64,000 nt of DNA, taken from IMG/VR virus record IMGVR_UViG_3300033121_000719, positions 68,784 to 132,783 of that record; one strand, given 5' to 3'. Under the pieces are notes generated by a model that was given only the letters and a program-made list of their open reading frames with translations, was not told where the DNA came from and did no database searches. Below, piece after piece: positions 63,373-64,000 of this stretch; position 1 is the stretch's first letter, and every line of letters begins with the position of its first letter. Origin of the DNA: a virus (lineage: Duplodnaviria > Caudoviricetes). The position numbers and the translations under genes were made by a program.

Positions 63373-63765
63373 GACCAGCCCCTCCTTAAGGGCTTAAGAT
63401 TATTAAGATACTAAAAGAACAATGCTATTGCATAAAGCTCAATGGCCTGAGCTTTGGACAAACCCCTTCTCATCACATGATGAAAAGGTTGTAAATCTGA
63501 CACATGCCCCCAAACAGGGATTTTATAGTCCCTGCCATTTAAGTACTGGAATTTATAGCCAACAAAAAAATTTTTCATTTTATCAGCCCTCCTTAAGGTC
63601 ATTGAATAAAATTGGTTTAGTGTCCACAGATATTATAAAAAACCGTGAACGTAGAAAAATGATCCTGTTATTAAGATATATAAGGCAGACTGGACACAGG
63701 AAAAATCCAGAAAATCTGCCCCAGGGTGGCAAACATCAGCCAGGCGCAAACCTGTCCCCACTAAT

Positions 63766-63795
63766 ATTATACCATATTATGATAAACTTTGTCAA
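63766..63795 (-). promoter_or_regulatory. sigma70-type promoter heading the rightmost gene block
   Basis: TTGACA-18-TATAAT. Confidence 0.65.
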
Positions 63796-63862
63796 GTTTA
63801 TTTGAGATTCAAAAGATTCTTTAACAATTGTAATGACGGCTTTAAATTATGATTGTTTTTTT

Positions 63863-64000
63863 GAGACTGGACACACTAGAGACTGGACACACTAGAGACT
63901 GGACACACTAGAGACTGGATACACTAGAGACTGGATACACTAGAGACTGGATACACTAGAGACTGGACACACTAGAGACTGGACACACTAGAGACTGGAC
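63863..64000. repeat. 16-bp tandem repeat GAGACTGGAYACACTA, at least 8.6 copies, runs off the window
   Basis: Directly visible; only a C/T variation at one position. Confidence 0.95.

Noticed and set aside
375-63805. Plus-strand ORFs in the ORF track
   Set aside because: Nearly all are antisense shadows of minus-strand genes, without RBS or recognisable motifs
63863-64000. CRISPR array at the window end
   Set aside because: Head-to-tail repeats with no spacers
1-64000. Alternative genetic code or stop-codon reassignment
   Set aside because: Recognisable genes are full length in code 11 and no suppressor tRNA was found

Overview
AT-rich segment of a large tailed dsDNA phage genome. Essentially every credible gene is on the minus strand with AGGAG-type RBSs and near-consensus sigma70 promoters (TTGAC-16/18-TATAAT), and no structural genes are present. 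Reading in the direction of transcription (right to left): a 16-bp tandem repeat at the window edge; early-type genes (GHKL/HEXXH protein, UvrD-like helicase, CCA-adding enzyme, many small ORFs); LemA, HNH and RtcB; a 1.2-kb tRNA/ncRNA array; a DUF2828 (TROVE-like/VWA) gene; a peptidase flanked by two paralogs; a nucleotidyltransferase; an RNA ligase; a ~10-kb glycosylation island; a tyrosine recombinase, tRNA-Gln and a ThyX-like gene; several DNA methyltransferases; a CmoA / amide-ligase / C5-MTase trio; a Sak4-like ATPase and SSB. Three observations stand out. (1) An array of ~60-nt hairpin RNAs share an AGAYAY-stem + ACAGCAA handle; several display 7-nt anticodon-like loops (Ser GCU, Lys UUU, Leu UAA). 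They are interleaved with tRNAs, grafted into tRNA bodies, and lie between the TROVE-like/VWA gene and rtcB. (2) About 25 copies of an 18-bp ATRAAA-N6-TTTYAT inverted repeat sit at gene junctions in two clusters, suggesting an integron-like cassette system next to a tyrosine recombinase. (3) There is a candidate carboxymethyl-cytosine DNA hypermodification locus. All family assignments come from motif recognition by eye; no searches were run.
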